Source: Chlorokybus atmophyticus
Taxonomy: Eukaryota > Plantae > Mesostigma and Chlorokybus algae
DNA length: 64,000 bases
Assembly (NCBI GenBank): GCA_009103225.1
Contig: RHPI01001037.1
Coordinates: 1,340,916 to 1,404,915 of the forward strand
Direction of reading: 5' to 3'
The position numbers and the translations under genes are program-made. A model generated the notes under the pieces. It was not told the DNA's origin, made no database searches, and saw nothing but the letters and a program-made list of their open reading frames with translations. The number at the start of each line of letters is the position of its first letter. Position 1 is the stretch's first letter. Of this stretch, positions 51,420 through 63,234 are shown piece after piece.

Positions 51420-52482
51420 ATGGCGGGAGAAGAGGTGGTGTGACGCGGAGCCTTTGAGAGAGATTGTGGGCGAGGGAAGAAACGGCAAGTACGTGGCGGC
51501 ATGCACGGACCTCTACCTGGCAGAGCAAGGTGAGTGCCTGCCTGTGACTCTTTGCAACTCTTTGACCGCTACGAGTTTGACCTCTATCTACAGCTAATCA
51601 GAATTTAAAATGATCATTCACTGTGTGTGAAAGCTCAGCTGCATTCAAGAAGCCTGTTGGACATTGCTCTCACCTACCCTCGAACAATCGCTGACTGTCC
51701 AGAACTGCTTTGTAGTAGTGGTGAACAAGTTGTCATGGTGCTGACATTGTGTATGTGTGCGTGCGTGCGTGCGTGCGTGTGAGAGAGGTCTTGAGAGGCT
51801 GGTAAGTCAGTCCTAGGCAGCAGTGGTGTTGTGGCGTGACCCACCTCGACGCCAACTTTCGCACCAAGCAGCTGTACCTACAGAACAACCGCATCCGCAC
51901 CTTCAAAGTAAGACAGACCACACGCGCACTCACATACACAGGTGCATACATGTACATGCACATGCACGCGCACGCACGCACGCACGCTCACGCGCGCACG
52001 TCAACGCGCAATCCTGCGCACAGACGCATTTATGTGCGCACGCACACCAAGCGCGAGCACTGTATACGCCAAGTCCTAGTGTATCCACACACACGTGCAC
52101 ACGCTCGCACGCGTCTGTAAGTCTTTCTCCTGCGAGAGCTGACACCTCAACGTATGCTCTGCGCTCGCAGGGTTCCATACAGACCTTCAAGTTTCTGGAA
52201 GGGGCCCGCCACGCCAGCAACAACTGGCCTCAAAGGCCTCGACAAGGTGACTGACTCACCCAAACCACATCTCATCAAGTACTCTCACCTTGTATCAGAT
52301 CTCATACTCACATTATCACAGGCGATCGGTGCGTCGGAGTCGTGCAAGCGCTGTCTCTGCGCGAGCTGTGTCTCGGGAGGCAACCCCGTATGACGAAGAG
52401 GAAGGGTACCGAGCTGCACTGCTTGCACGATTCCCACGACTCACAGTCCTAGACCACGTCCGTGACAATATGTCAGCGTGCA

Positions 52483-52515
<33 letters not shown>

Positions 52516-53745
52516 AAATGCGCGCGCGTGTGCACTTGCATGTGTGGTGTATACAGCGTGGATCACGGACATGTAGACAGACTTGTGCGCACAATATATA
52601 CACGCGTTCACAGAGAAACACAAGACTTGAACACCAACGCAACTCTTCAAGCGCCACATCAGACCTGACACCACACATTGGCTGTCTCAGCATGCGGCGA
52701 CGGAGGCTGAGCGCGCGGACGCCATCCGCTTGATCTCCAGTCAAGACGCTTTAGCCGAGCCAAATCATGCAAGCAACGCAACCAACAACACGGCGACAAC
52801 AACAACAACAAAGCCCAAGATGAAGATCCAGAGAGTCTTAGTGAGTTGTGGCTTGATATGCCGTAATCATATGATGGCACGCACACACGTGCGTGCACGC
52901 GCACGCGCGTATGTGCGTGCATGCGCGCATGCGCGCGTGTGCGTGTGTCTGTGTTTGCGTGCATATGTGTTTGGGTACATGTCCGTCTGTATCTCACGTT
53001 CTCTCTGTGTTGCACGAGTTGGAGAGGCATATGGAGGTGGACGTGAAGGCGATAGCGGCAAAGACGGAGAGGCGTGCAGCGGAGGAGCGCGAGAGGGCTG
53101 AGAAGGAAGACAGGAGAGTCGCAGACGAGTGGCGAGAAAAGGTGCTGTTGTTGTCGTCACTACTGTTATCGTTGCAGTGGCTGTTGTTGTTGTTGTTGAT
53201 GCTGTACTGGTATCCAAGCAATCTGTGGGTGTCAGTTGAAGTGGCCGCTGCCGAGGCCCGAGGGTTACTTGCCCAAAGACCCGGAGGAGCAGAGCAGCCA
53301 ACAATCTGCCACACGCGACGAGGTGAGTGGGTTTGATGAGGCCAATGACGCTTCACAAACGACTGCGTCGAGTGGCTTGTACTGTACGCATGTTGGGTTT
53401 CGATTGACCACACGGCAGGCGTGAAACTCGCAGTCTCCCTAAGTCGTAGTGAGACTGTTTCACTGCCCCTGTGTAGGTAAGACATGGCCATACCTCTCCA
53501 ATGGCGATGCGCGTGCAGATGACACCACATGAAGTGTGCGGCATTGCCTGCCATAGTGTAGAGCAAGGAGCAATTTGTGTCTATCACCAATTACCTGTCG
53601 TAGTATCAATGCGTCACTGCAACATACATTCTGTGCTTTGCTACGCTGGAAAGGCAAGTTGTTGCTAATGTATACGTTATGCTGATGGCAGGCGAAGGTA
53701 CCTCTTCCGTGCAGGGGTTGAAACAGGCGGTCATTGCAATTGAGA
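51420..53745 (+). pseudogene. Pseudogenic duplicate of the LRR gene at 59167-61680
   Basis: Collinear exons. A 1-nt insertion gives MAGEEVV*; a deletion removes the exon 3 acceptor and its start; further frameshifts occur in later exons. Confidence 0.85.
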
Positions 53746-54521
53746 CGCAGCAACCAAACGGTTGCTGCGGTTATTGACCGCACTTGGGCACAAATAACTG
53801 ACCATACAGTTAACCGAGGTGTTTGTGACGAAGTAATTGTTTGTTTAGGTGTATGTTGGTATACTGTCGGTGGATACGAGATGTGGGTTACATATGATTG
53901 TGCTGTCAAGTTGTGTTGTGTTGCTTTTGCTTTTGCTGTGGTTGGTGTTGATGTTGTTGTGCATGTTTGCGAAAACGCGGAGGACACACACGCATAGCTG
54001 CGCACATGCTAGCACACATGCTTGCACATTCACCCATACACATATACAGAAATGACCAAGCTTACTACCAACCAGTTTGTTTAGCATGGAACAGATCGTG
54101 TTGTGGCAATAGGGAGCAACAAGCATAGCCAGGTGTTTAGGACTTGTGACACAACACACGCACAGATGGTCTACCCACTGGCTATTCGTGACAGTACTAT
54201 CTCCAGCGATATTGATAGCCACAACAACCCCGACAACTTGAGTGACAGCAATAGTATCAGTGGAAATAGCAGCGAAAGTGTCAGTAAGGTGAATAGCATG
54301 TTGGACTCACAAGCAAGGCGTGATAGGTTGCTCGCGTTAGACACTTCCATCAGGCACATCCGCATCAGCACCTGCAGCTGCAGGTGCATCTGCGGCAGGT
54401 GCTATTCTGACCACTTCGCTTGTTTCCTTCCTAGGCTCTTGACCTGCATCTTCAGGTCGCAGGTCCTGCCACACGAATATTGCTTTGTTTGTTTACATTA
54501 CATAGAAAGTATCACCACACA

Positions 54522-55760
54522 TCACAAAGCACAACTCACGATGTTACCCTCCTGATACATCAACTTGGTCTCCACTCCGAGGATATCACCCATCACCTTC
54601 AGGACCTGCATTTGATCCCGCGACAAAACGTCCTCCGTGATGGTGAGAACATCATCATCGTCGCCTGCTGCCCCGGGTAGCTTACCACCATGAATGCGAG
54701 CTGATAAAACCGCACACATCGTCACCATTCTGCCACCATTCGCAGCAGCAAGCTTATATATTGCAAGTGATACAATCAACAACTAGGATTGCAACGCCAT
54801 ACGTATACATCACTTGCTTGAAACCCACAAGGACAAATGCAACGCCATACACTACTTACTTGCGCGCCCACTTGTCGATCTTGGTAGCCTCGGACTTGCC
54901 GCCCATGGGGTAGATAGTCGCCAGTCGAGCTGCAAAACCTTGCACCCGCGCAGCTTCATCTTGTGACAAGTACGTTACAAACAACTGATACCGAGTATAG
55001 GGCTTTTTTGTCAACAACTCCGCCAAACTTTCCCTCAAAAACTCTTCAAACCGTTCTGTAGTCGACAACAGGGATTGTAAGCTATGAGACAAGCACACTC
55101 CTTCCACAACACATGTGCACATCTCAAAACTTACCTTGTAGGCCGCGCATTGAGAACAATCCTCTCACTCTCAGATACATAGCTGCGTGCTTGTACGCTT
55201 TGGCCTGCATGATTTCATACTCAAGATTCTTGTCGGCCACTGCAAGCTGCAACTGTGTCGCTTTGGCATTCAGCTCAATCTCCTTCTGCAATGCTGTAAC
55301 TTGCAACCTCATGGAATGCGCATCATGGATGGCAGCGATGCGGACCAGCTCTTCGCACAGCCGCTCCGCTGCGTCGTCATCTCGTGCGAGCTTATACACC
55401 AAGCGAACTGTTCGCGCAGCCCCCTGCCCCAACTCGTTTTGGCGCAATTCTTGAATAAAGTCTTCGGGTCCAACACCCGCATCTCGGTCCAAGGGGGCTG
55501 AGCTAGATGCTAAGACGCAAATGCCTCTGCAAGACACAGCGCAATCAGTAAGTATCTGCACTGCAGGTGCAACGTGCCTGCCAACTTGAAGTGGACGTGT
55601 CAACCAACGTTAGCTGCACAACATACCTGTTTATGGTCACGGGCCGAATGGAATGACGCCGGATGTAGTCGCTTACACTCTGTTCGTGCACAGTTCTCCT
55701 CGCCTTGAATATCGGTGATGGTCGCTGTAGAACAAGAACAGCAACCCCCGTGCACAACAT
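54522..55760 (-). CDS. Uncharacterised multi-exon coiled-coil protein; 5' end uncertain
   Basis: Exon-like open frames at 55500-55136, about 55085-54860 and about 54725-54525, with GT-AG ends. A coiled coil (LQVTALQKEIELNAKATQLQLAVADKNLEYEIM) is followed by YLRVRGLFSMRG and LSARIHG...VLTITEDVL...QMQVL. Confidence 0.55.
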
Positions 55761-56695
55761 GATGACAACCTGCCAATGAAATGTGAGGTCGTAAGATAGG
55801 GTCCCGTGTTGATGATTACTGCTACAATGCATCCAGCACACACACACACAATAACTTCCTTACCATGCAAGCTGTCATTCCAATACACCGCCCTCTCACT
55901 TGCACACGCGAGAGGGCACTCAGCAATAAACACACAAACCCTTACTGACCTTAAAGAGCTGAAGATGAGGACCTCCTCAGCTTCAACCAGCACGACCACC
56001 TCTGCCCCGCCGCAGCCGCCGCTGTCAACTCACTTGAGTGCGTTAGCTTACCGCTCCAAATACTCGCCAATTGAAAAACACGTGCTTGCAAGGGGTGGTC
56101 AGGGGGTTACCAGCCTTGCACCAGCTGTCTTTGATGCTGCAGCCATCAAAGACAGCTGAATATTCTCATACTGCAGCCATCACCGTTGTGCATGCGGTAA
56201 GGTGGACGGTGGTAACGATAATACGTTGTCTTGTCTCAGTTTTCCAGTTTTGCACATTCTCAGGCGTGACTGCTAAAAGAAGTGGATGACCCCATGACCC
56301 ATTGCTGTTCGTTGTCACATCAGAGACTGTGACTGACGCTGTTTTACCCGGACAGTGCTGCATTGGGTTCAATCAACAGATGTGCGTGGATGCATGTCAT
56401 GTACACATTGTACATGAGGATGGCTGTGGCGAGAGAAGGTAAGGGGTACTCAACTATACGCATAAGTCGTCGTGAGAAGCATCTGATACTTTTTTGTCAA
56501 TGCAAGACTGGCTCTCGTCATTTCATGGCAATCATGTGAAGTTTGCTTGTAACATATCATAGATACTGCAACAACTATAACTAAATGTCTATAGCTATAA
56601 TAGTGCAGCTTGCTCTGCCATACCAGGTTCATTTTCCTGGTAGTCTGTGTGCCAACGCACACATTTCAACTTGCCATCCTACTGTACAGTATTAC

Positions 56696-58933
56696 TCAGC
56701 TGCAAACTTTGCAAAGCGTCCGATTGTCCGGGGGCGCGGCCAGCTGCAGCACGTCTCGGGACCTGCTGAGGGCTTTGCACGTCCTCCAGGCGTGGTACAC
56801 TCGGCCGCTCATGACATAATAGTAGCCGCTGCCAGGATCAAGAGCGCTAGGATGGTTGTTGCTAGACTCATCCGCCCTTAACTCAGTGACTGCAACATAA
56901 GGTGTGCTGGCTGACGCGCCATCATTCTGCGGATGCTGTTGTTGTTGTTGTTGTTGTTGCTGTTCTTCTGCACTGGCAGCCGGTGAAGGCAATGGCCCGA
57001 GGCCTGAGCTCGCTCCGCTACTGCTGCTGTTATTGCTGCTGCTGGTGGGTGCGACATCTTCCCTCCTCTGTGCCTTGCAGAGCGCACAAAGAGTGCGAGT
57101 GGATGGCAACTCCGCCGCCCGCAACACCTCCTTTGACCTGCTCAGGCTCTTGCACGTGGCGCGCAGATGGTACACTGAGCCTTTCTTCACGTAATGGCAA
57201 ACATCGGTAGTGGATGAGACTCGGGCCGCTTCACTGTGATGCGAAACGCCAGCGACAGAGCACCTACTAGAGCTTGCATGGCTCTGGATGACCTGTCGCA
57301 CAAAGAGGTTTCAATGTGTTGCTGTTTTAGAATATTCGTACAAAGACCTTGTGCACATTATACAGACTGTCAGGTGCACAATGTTACCTGTTTGTGAACG
57401 CTTGTTGCAACCGGGTGCTCAATCTCAAGCTCAAAGGGCTTCATGTTTTGCCGAACAAGCTTCTCAATCTTGCTCCAGTCGCCGAGATGCGAGGCAGCGG
57501 CAAGGAGTATCCTGTCAAGCGCGACGATGTCGGCGGCCGCCCGATGCAGCGTGCCAGTGACATGAATATCCAGCGCTTCCAACAAAAAGCCTATGCTGTG
57601 CTTAGGCAGCAATGGCCAAGCCTGCAACAGAGGTGAACAGTGTGAGAGTGTGCAATGTGGGTTTGGCATAATGTTGTATGAGATGTTGTAGAGCGCGCGT
57701 GCAGACACACGCACACGCACGAGGACGTGTACACACCTTGCGTGCGACACCAAACAGAGAGCATGCGAATTGCCAGTGTTGGGGCGGGGCAGGAGTTCCG
57801 GTCTGGAGTAAGTCTTGCCGAAGCAATCGCTCGTCAAAGCGGGAGTTGTGCGCTACAAGGACTGGCAACACATCGTCATCAACACGCTCATTCACCCAAC
57901 TCACTACCTCTGCCCACACCTGAAAAAGCAACAATTGTGGCATCAGTTGTGTGCATCACAACATTGCAACTGTGGCATTGCCACTTGCCTGCGGAAACGT
58001 GGGTTGGCCCTTCACCATTGCGTCGGTGATGCCATGTACGCGACTGTTGTGGATGCACATGCCTGGGTTGATGAGCCAAGACTTGGCGGACACTGAAGCT
58101 GGGAAGTCTGAGCATGTTGCTGTGCATATGGCGAACTCTACAATCCTGATCCAATTCAGCAAAATACATGTCAAGATGGATTACAAGTAAGCAATACATC
58201 ACAGCTTGAAGCTTGTACTGCATCAAGTAAGCGTAACAAGCATAGGTGACTTTATCAGTAACAACACTAGTAAACTCAAGCCACACCTGCATTGCAAACA
58301 GCACATGCATTGCGCAGACTTGATGATATTCTGCAGCCTAGCCCAGCATAATCAAGGTCTCGAGTACATCTTGTGAGTTGTACAGAACGCAAACAAGCTT
58401 CGTTGACTGTGTTTCTCAGGCGAAGAAGTCTTTCTGGTGTAGTGGTTTGTTGCAAGGCCAGAAGCAAAATGTGAATGATTGATTCAGTTTCTCAAGCTGA
58501 CAGTAGAGTACCTGTCAGTCTTGCCCAGGCCAGTTGTCTCCGTGTCATACAAGAACACAGCCAACCGCCTGCGATGCTGCTCCGAGCCTCGTTCATGCGC
58601 GGGGGCTAACTCCACAACAGGCGCCTCCACACGCTTGCTTCTGATCATCACCGGCATGTTGCTGATAAGGTATTACTGTTGGTGATGTGGTCAACCCTGC
58701 TCTCCGCAAAGCAAGCTCACGGCCAGCACCTCAAACCCTAATTGACCACCGGCAGCACAGGCAGTTTCGTCCTTGAAACTCTCCTGCTCTCACCCGCCAA
58801 CTCAAGGAGCGCCTCGCTTCATACTCACGCAAGCACATGCACTCGTTGCCTGCCACTACCTTGGCTCTTGCAAATGCTCACTGTCAGCACCGTCGCCGCC
58901 GTCGCCGCCACTCAAAACCACACTGGCAACCAT
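56696..58933 (-). CDS. DEDDh 3'-5' exonuclease (DnaQ/DPD1-like) with two C-terminal His/Cys zinc-binding repeats; start at 58933 or 58657
   Basis: ExoI FLYDTETTGLGKTDRIVEFA; LINPG...HGITDAMV; ExoII LVAHNSRFD; ExoIII LHRAAADI; C-terminal repeats in the last exon. Confidence 0.85.
58733..58741. promoter_or_regulatory. Telo-box motif near the 5' end of the exonuclease gene
   Basis: AAACCCTAA. Confidence 0.4.
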
Positions 58934-59166
58934 ATCCACAGCGACGACAGCAATCGCTGGGGAAGTTCCGAGAAGCTTCCTGTTGGGCGGCGGAGGAACG
59001 CAAGGTTCATAACTTCCGGCGCATATATTGTTTGTGCGCAAGCGCACAAGCGCGGTCAAAGGCTTTGTGCGGAATGGCTCTTCGGTCTGGTCAGGCTTTG
59101 TGGCCTGGCCTGGCCTGGTCAGGTCTGGTCTGGTGGGGTGGGGTGGGGTGGGGTGGGGTGAGCAAG

Positions 59167-59924
59167 ATGGCGGGAGGAGAGGTGGTGTACTCTGAACCCC
59201 TGAGGGAGATTGTGGGTGAGGGACGGAACGGCAAGTACGTGGCGGCATGCACGGACCTCTACCTGGGAGAGCAAGGTCAGTGATTGACTATGACATCTGT
59301 TTACCCAATGAATAAAGTGAGCAGAGTTGGATCTGTCTCATACTAAGCAAAAAAACAAGCCCACCAGCCACTGACTGTGCATCAAAGAACATCTGCAAGA
59401 AGCCTTGTCAACAATGCACTCACCCCGGGTGAGTGCACATTGCACAGAGAGTGAGTGTGTGAGAGAGTGAGTGAGTGCCAATCACTCACTTAGTGTGTCG
59501 AGAAGCCTCAATCACTGACGGTACCTTGCCACCAGTTATTACGGTACTAATTTCTTGTGTATGTGTGTGTGTGTGTTGGGCAGGGATTGAGAAGCTGAGG
59601 GGCTTCGAGAGGCTGGTAAGTCAGTATCAGGCAGCAGTGTTGATGTTGTTATGTTAGGCAGTATGCACATGCGTATGTGTGATTGATCTAGCATGCACAG
59701 TAGGGTTGTTGTCTTTCAGATGCAACTCTATAAGTCAAAGCATTGAGGCGGCATTGCCCGTGGACAGGTGAACTTGGAGGTGCTGTGGCTGAACGACAAC
59801 CGGCTCGAGCGCATAGCCCACCTCGATGCCAACTTCCGCATCAAGCAGCTGTATTTACAGAACAACCGCATCCGCACCCTCAAAGTAAGTTGAACCACAC
59901 ACACGCGCTCAAATATGCATACAA

Positions 59925-59976
<52 letters not shown>

Positions 59977-60859
59977 ACATGCACACGCGCACGCGCACGC
60001 ACACACACGGGCGCGCTTGCCCGCATGCACCATAGCGCGCGTACTATACACATCAAGTCGCACCAAGTAACAAGCGTTGGTGTACACATATGCCCACGCG
60101 CGCACGTGTCTCTCCTCCTCCAAGAAGCGACAACACTAACACTCAACGCATGCTCTATGTCTCGCAGGGTTCCATACAGACCTTCAAGTTCCTGGAAGTC
60201 CTGGACGCCAGCAACAACTGCCTCAAAGGCCTCGACAAGGTTGAATTAATCAATCCCCCAACACCACATTGTCGACGCACTCCCACCTTGTACTGGGTCT
60301 CATACTCACGTTATCGCAGCTGATGGGTGCGTTGGAGCCGTGCAAGCGGTCTCTGCGCGAGCTGTGTCTGGGCGGCAACCCGATATGCGAAGAGGAAGGG
60401 TACCGAGCGGCACTGCTCGCACGCTTCCCGCGACTCACGGTCCTCGACCATGTATGTAGAGTTTGTCATCGTGTGGGTGGGTGGGTGGGTGATGCCTACA
60501 GCGTGCGCGTGCGTGTGTGTGTGGTGCTTACTGGATCACAGACACAGCGTACATAGTCATGCGCACATACCATACACACAAGTACGCTGTAAAACACACA
60601 TCTTGAAAGACCGCACAACCCTTACTAAGCACCACAACTTTGTCGCACTACCTTGCTTGCTTCTCAGCATGCCGTGACGGAGGCTGAGCGCACGAACGCC
60701 ATCCGTTTGACTGCCAGTCAAGACGCTTCCGAGCCGAGCAACTCCAACAGCGCAACCAATAACACCACGACAACGGCGACAACAAAGAGCGCAAAAACGA
60801 AGCTTCAGCGAGTATCGGTGAGTTGTTCACCTCGTATGCCTTGTCACCTAACACGCGCA

Positions 60860-60900
<41 letters not shown>

Positions 60901-61680
60901 GTGTGCGTGCGCGCGCAAGCATGTGCGTGCACATGCGCGTGCGCATGTGTGCTGGTGTGGGAGCGCACGCGTGCGTGTGTGTGTGTATGTGCGTGCATGC
61001 GTGCGTGCGTGTAAACGCGCGAGTGCATCTGAGGCTCGCGCTGTGTTGCAGGATTTGGAGAGGGATTTGGAGGCGGACGTGAAGGCGATAGCGACAAAGG
61101 CAGATAGGCGCGCAGCCGCGGAGCGCGAGAGGGCTGAGCGAGAAGACCGGAGAGTCGCGGACGAGTGGCGAGAAAAGGTATTGTTGTGGTTGTGGTTGTG
61201 GTTGCGGTTGTGGTTGTGGCTGTTGCTAATATTAGGTTTCTTTGTGGGTGTCAGTTGAAGTGGCCGCTGCCGAGGCCGGTGGAGGGTTTCTGGCCCAAAG
61301 AGCCGGAGGAGCTAAGTAGCCAACAATCTGCCACACGTGACGAGGTAAAGGCGCTTACGTGTGCGTTCAATGACACTGTACGGGCATGTTCGTGTGGGAC
61401 TTGTATAGTATGTATGTTGAAGAAGTTTCACTCACTGCTATGCAGCAGGCGCGAGACGCACGGCCGCGCAAAGACGTGTTGAGACTGTTTTACTACCCGT
61501 CCGCAGGTAAGACAAGTGTACACGTTGGGGTTCTGTTGTACTGTCAATGCATCGATGCACGTTGTGTGCTTATTACTGCTGGAAAGGCTCGTTGCAACTG
61601 ACATACATGCGTTGTTCCAATTGGCAGGTGAAGGTGCGTCTTCTGTTCGGGGTTTAAAACAGGAGGCCATTTGCATTTGA
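59167..61680 (+). CDS. Leucine-rich repeat protein, LRRC72-like/SDS22-type with LRRcap; about 10 exons
   Basis: [75 protein letters not shown]...[41 protein letters not shown]; exons join in phase. Confidence 0.85.
59897..61020. repeat. Intronic alternating purine-pyrimidine tracts ((CA)n, (CG/CA) and (TG) mixtures) at about 59897-60040 and 60855-61020
   Basis: Directly visible; homologous tracts occur in the pseudogene copy at about 51950-52110, 52480-52540 and 52885-52945. Confidence 0.9.
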
Positions 61681-62061
61681 GACAGTCAGCGCCGAAGCGG
61701 TTAGGTATCTGTGTGCTTCAGGTGAATGTGACAGATTAGCTATGCATTGGTATAGCATGAGTGGATACGCGGCGCAAGTGACATACACACACTGGGTGCT
61801 GTGACGTTGTGTTGTTGTTGCTGTGGTTGATGTTGTTGCAAAAACAGATTGCATGCAAGCGGGCTCAGATACAGACGTGTACACATGCGCATGGCATGCA
61901 CCCAGCTACACAGAAACCAATTAAGCCTATGATATTGATTAGTACGTTTCAGCTTGGCAACATGGAGGAACAAGCATAGGCTGCAGGTGTTTGGCACACA
62001 CTATACACGTTCTGCTATGCCAGAAACAGGTCACACGCCTTGCTCATCAACCCAACACTAC

Positions 62062-62835
62062 TCACCCTTCGCAATACTCCTTCCCAGCCTGCGTCATGTC
62101 GTGCTCGTGCGGTGTTGAGGTCTGTCTGAACCTCCCATACTTCATGACTTCGTTCTGCATGTCGAACCACGCGGAGAAGTGGCAGCACCCGTACATGTTG
62201 TCCCGTGCATCTTCGGGGCAACACGTGGCGGGGATGCGCCACGTGAGGCACGCGGTGGTGTCGGTGAAACCCGACACATACGTGGGAGAAGTTCTCAACT
62301 GAACTCGAGCGAGTTTGCCATCATGTTTACACACGATGAACAGCTCCGGGCTCGCACTCCTTGCCACATCAGTAACAGAACAGAAGGTTGATATGCTGGC
62401 CAAGTTGAGCCTCTTTGAGCCTTTCAGGTGCACGTGCGGGACCACATTGCATCCTTTGTCCCCAAACGCCTTTACACAGCTCTTTTTTTTCATCTCAGCT
62501 TTCTTCATACTCGGCACAAGAACAATCTCCTTGCCCATCTTCAACACGCAGAAGGCCATATATGCATTTTCACCAGCATGAGCCAACATCGGATAGCACC
62601 CACGCACAACATCCTTGATACCACCTTTCTCATATGAAGGCCACATTGTGTGGTAGTACTTCTCCTCCGCCTCATCAGCAAGCTGCCTCCATGTTGTGTT
62701 CACGCAGCGGAAGGTCGCCAAGCCACGCGGACACGACTTGTTGGCGATGAGGTGCAGGAGGTGAGGGTTGTCAAGGACTCGTTCGTAGGGTGAGATGGGG
62801 GAAGGCTGACGGCGAGATGAGGACCTTGTGATCAT
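62062..62835 (-). CDS. F-box-like protein, single coding exon of about 257 aa; may have an upstream exon beyond the (CT)n tract
   Basis: Long open frame; N-terminal YERVLDNPHLLHLIANKSCPRGLATFRCVNTTWRQLA fits an F-box pattern. Confidence 0.62.
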   Translation of the reverse strand: MITRSSSRRQPSPISPYERVLDNPHLLHLIANKSCPRGLATFRCVNTTWRQLADEAEEKYYHTMWPSYEKGGIKDVVRGCYPMLAHAGENAYMAFCVLKMGKEIVLVPSMKKAEMKKKSCVKAFGDKGCNVVPHVHLKGSKRLNLASISTFCSVTDVARSASPELFIVCKHDGKLARVQLRTSPTYVSGFTDTTACLTWRIPATCCPEDARDNMYGCCHFSAWFDMQNEVMKYGRFRQTSTPHEHDMTQAGKEYCEG

Positions 62836-62905
62836 GGCTGCAGAGAGGTGTTTGAAGAGAGAGTTTGTCAGTGGATGGGTGCGTGTGTACATGTGAGGAA
62901 CATGC

Positions 62906-62907
<2 letters not shown>

Positions 62908-62995
<88 letters not shown>

Positions 62996-63186
62996 NNNNN
63001 NNNNNNNNNNNNNNNNNNNNNNNNNNNNNNNNNNNNNNNNNNNNNNNNNNNNNNNNNNNNNNNNNNNNNNNNNNNNNNNNNNNNNNNNNNNNNNNNNNNN
63101 NNNNNNNNNNNNNNNNNNNNNNNNNNNNNNNNNNNNNNNNNNNNNNNNNNNNNNNNNNNNNNNNNNNNNNNNNNNNNNNNNNNNNN

Positions 63187-63228
<42 letters not shown>
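62908..63228. repeat. (GA)n microsatellite interrupted by an N gap (about 62996-63186)
   Basis: Directly visible. Confidence 0.95.
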
Positions 63229-63234
<6 letters not shown>

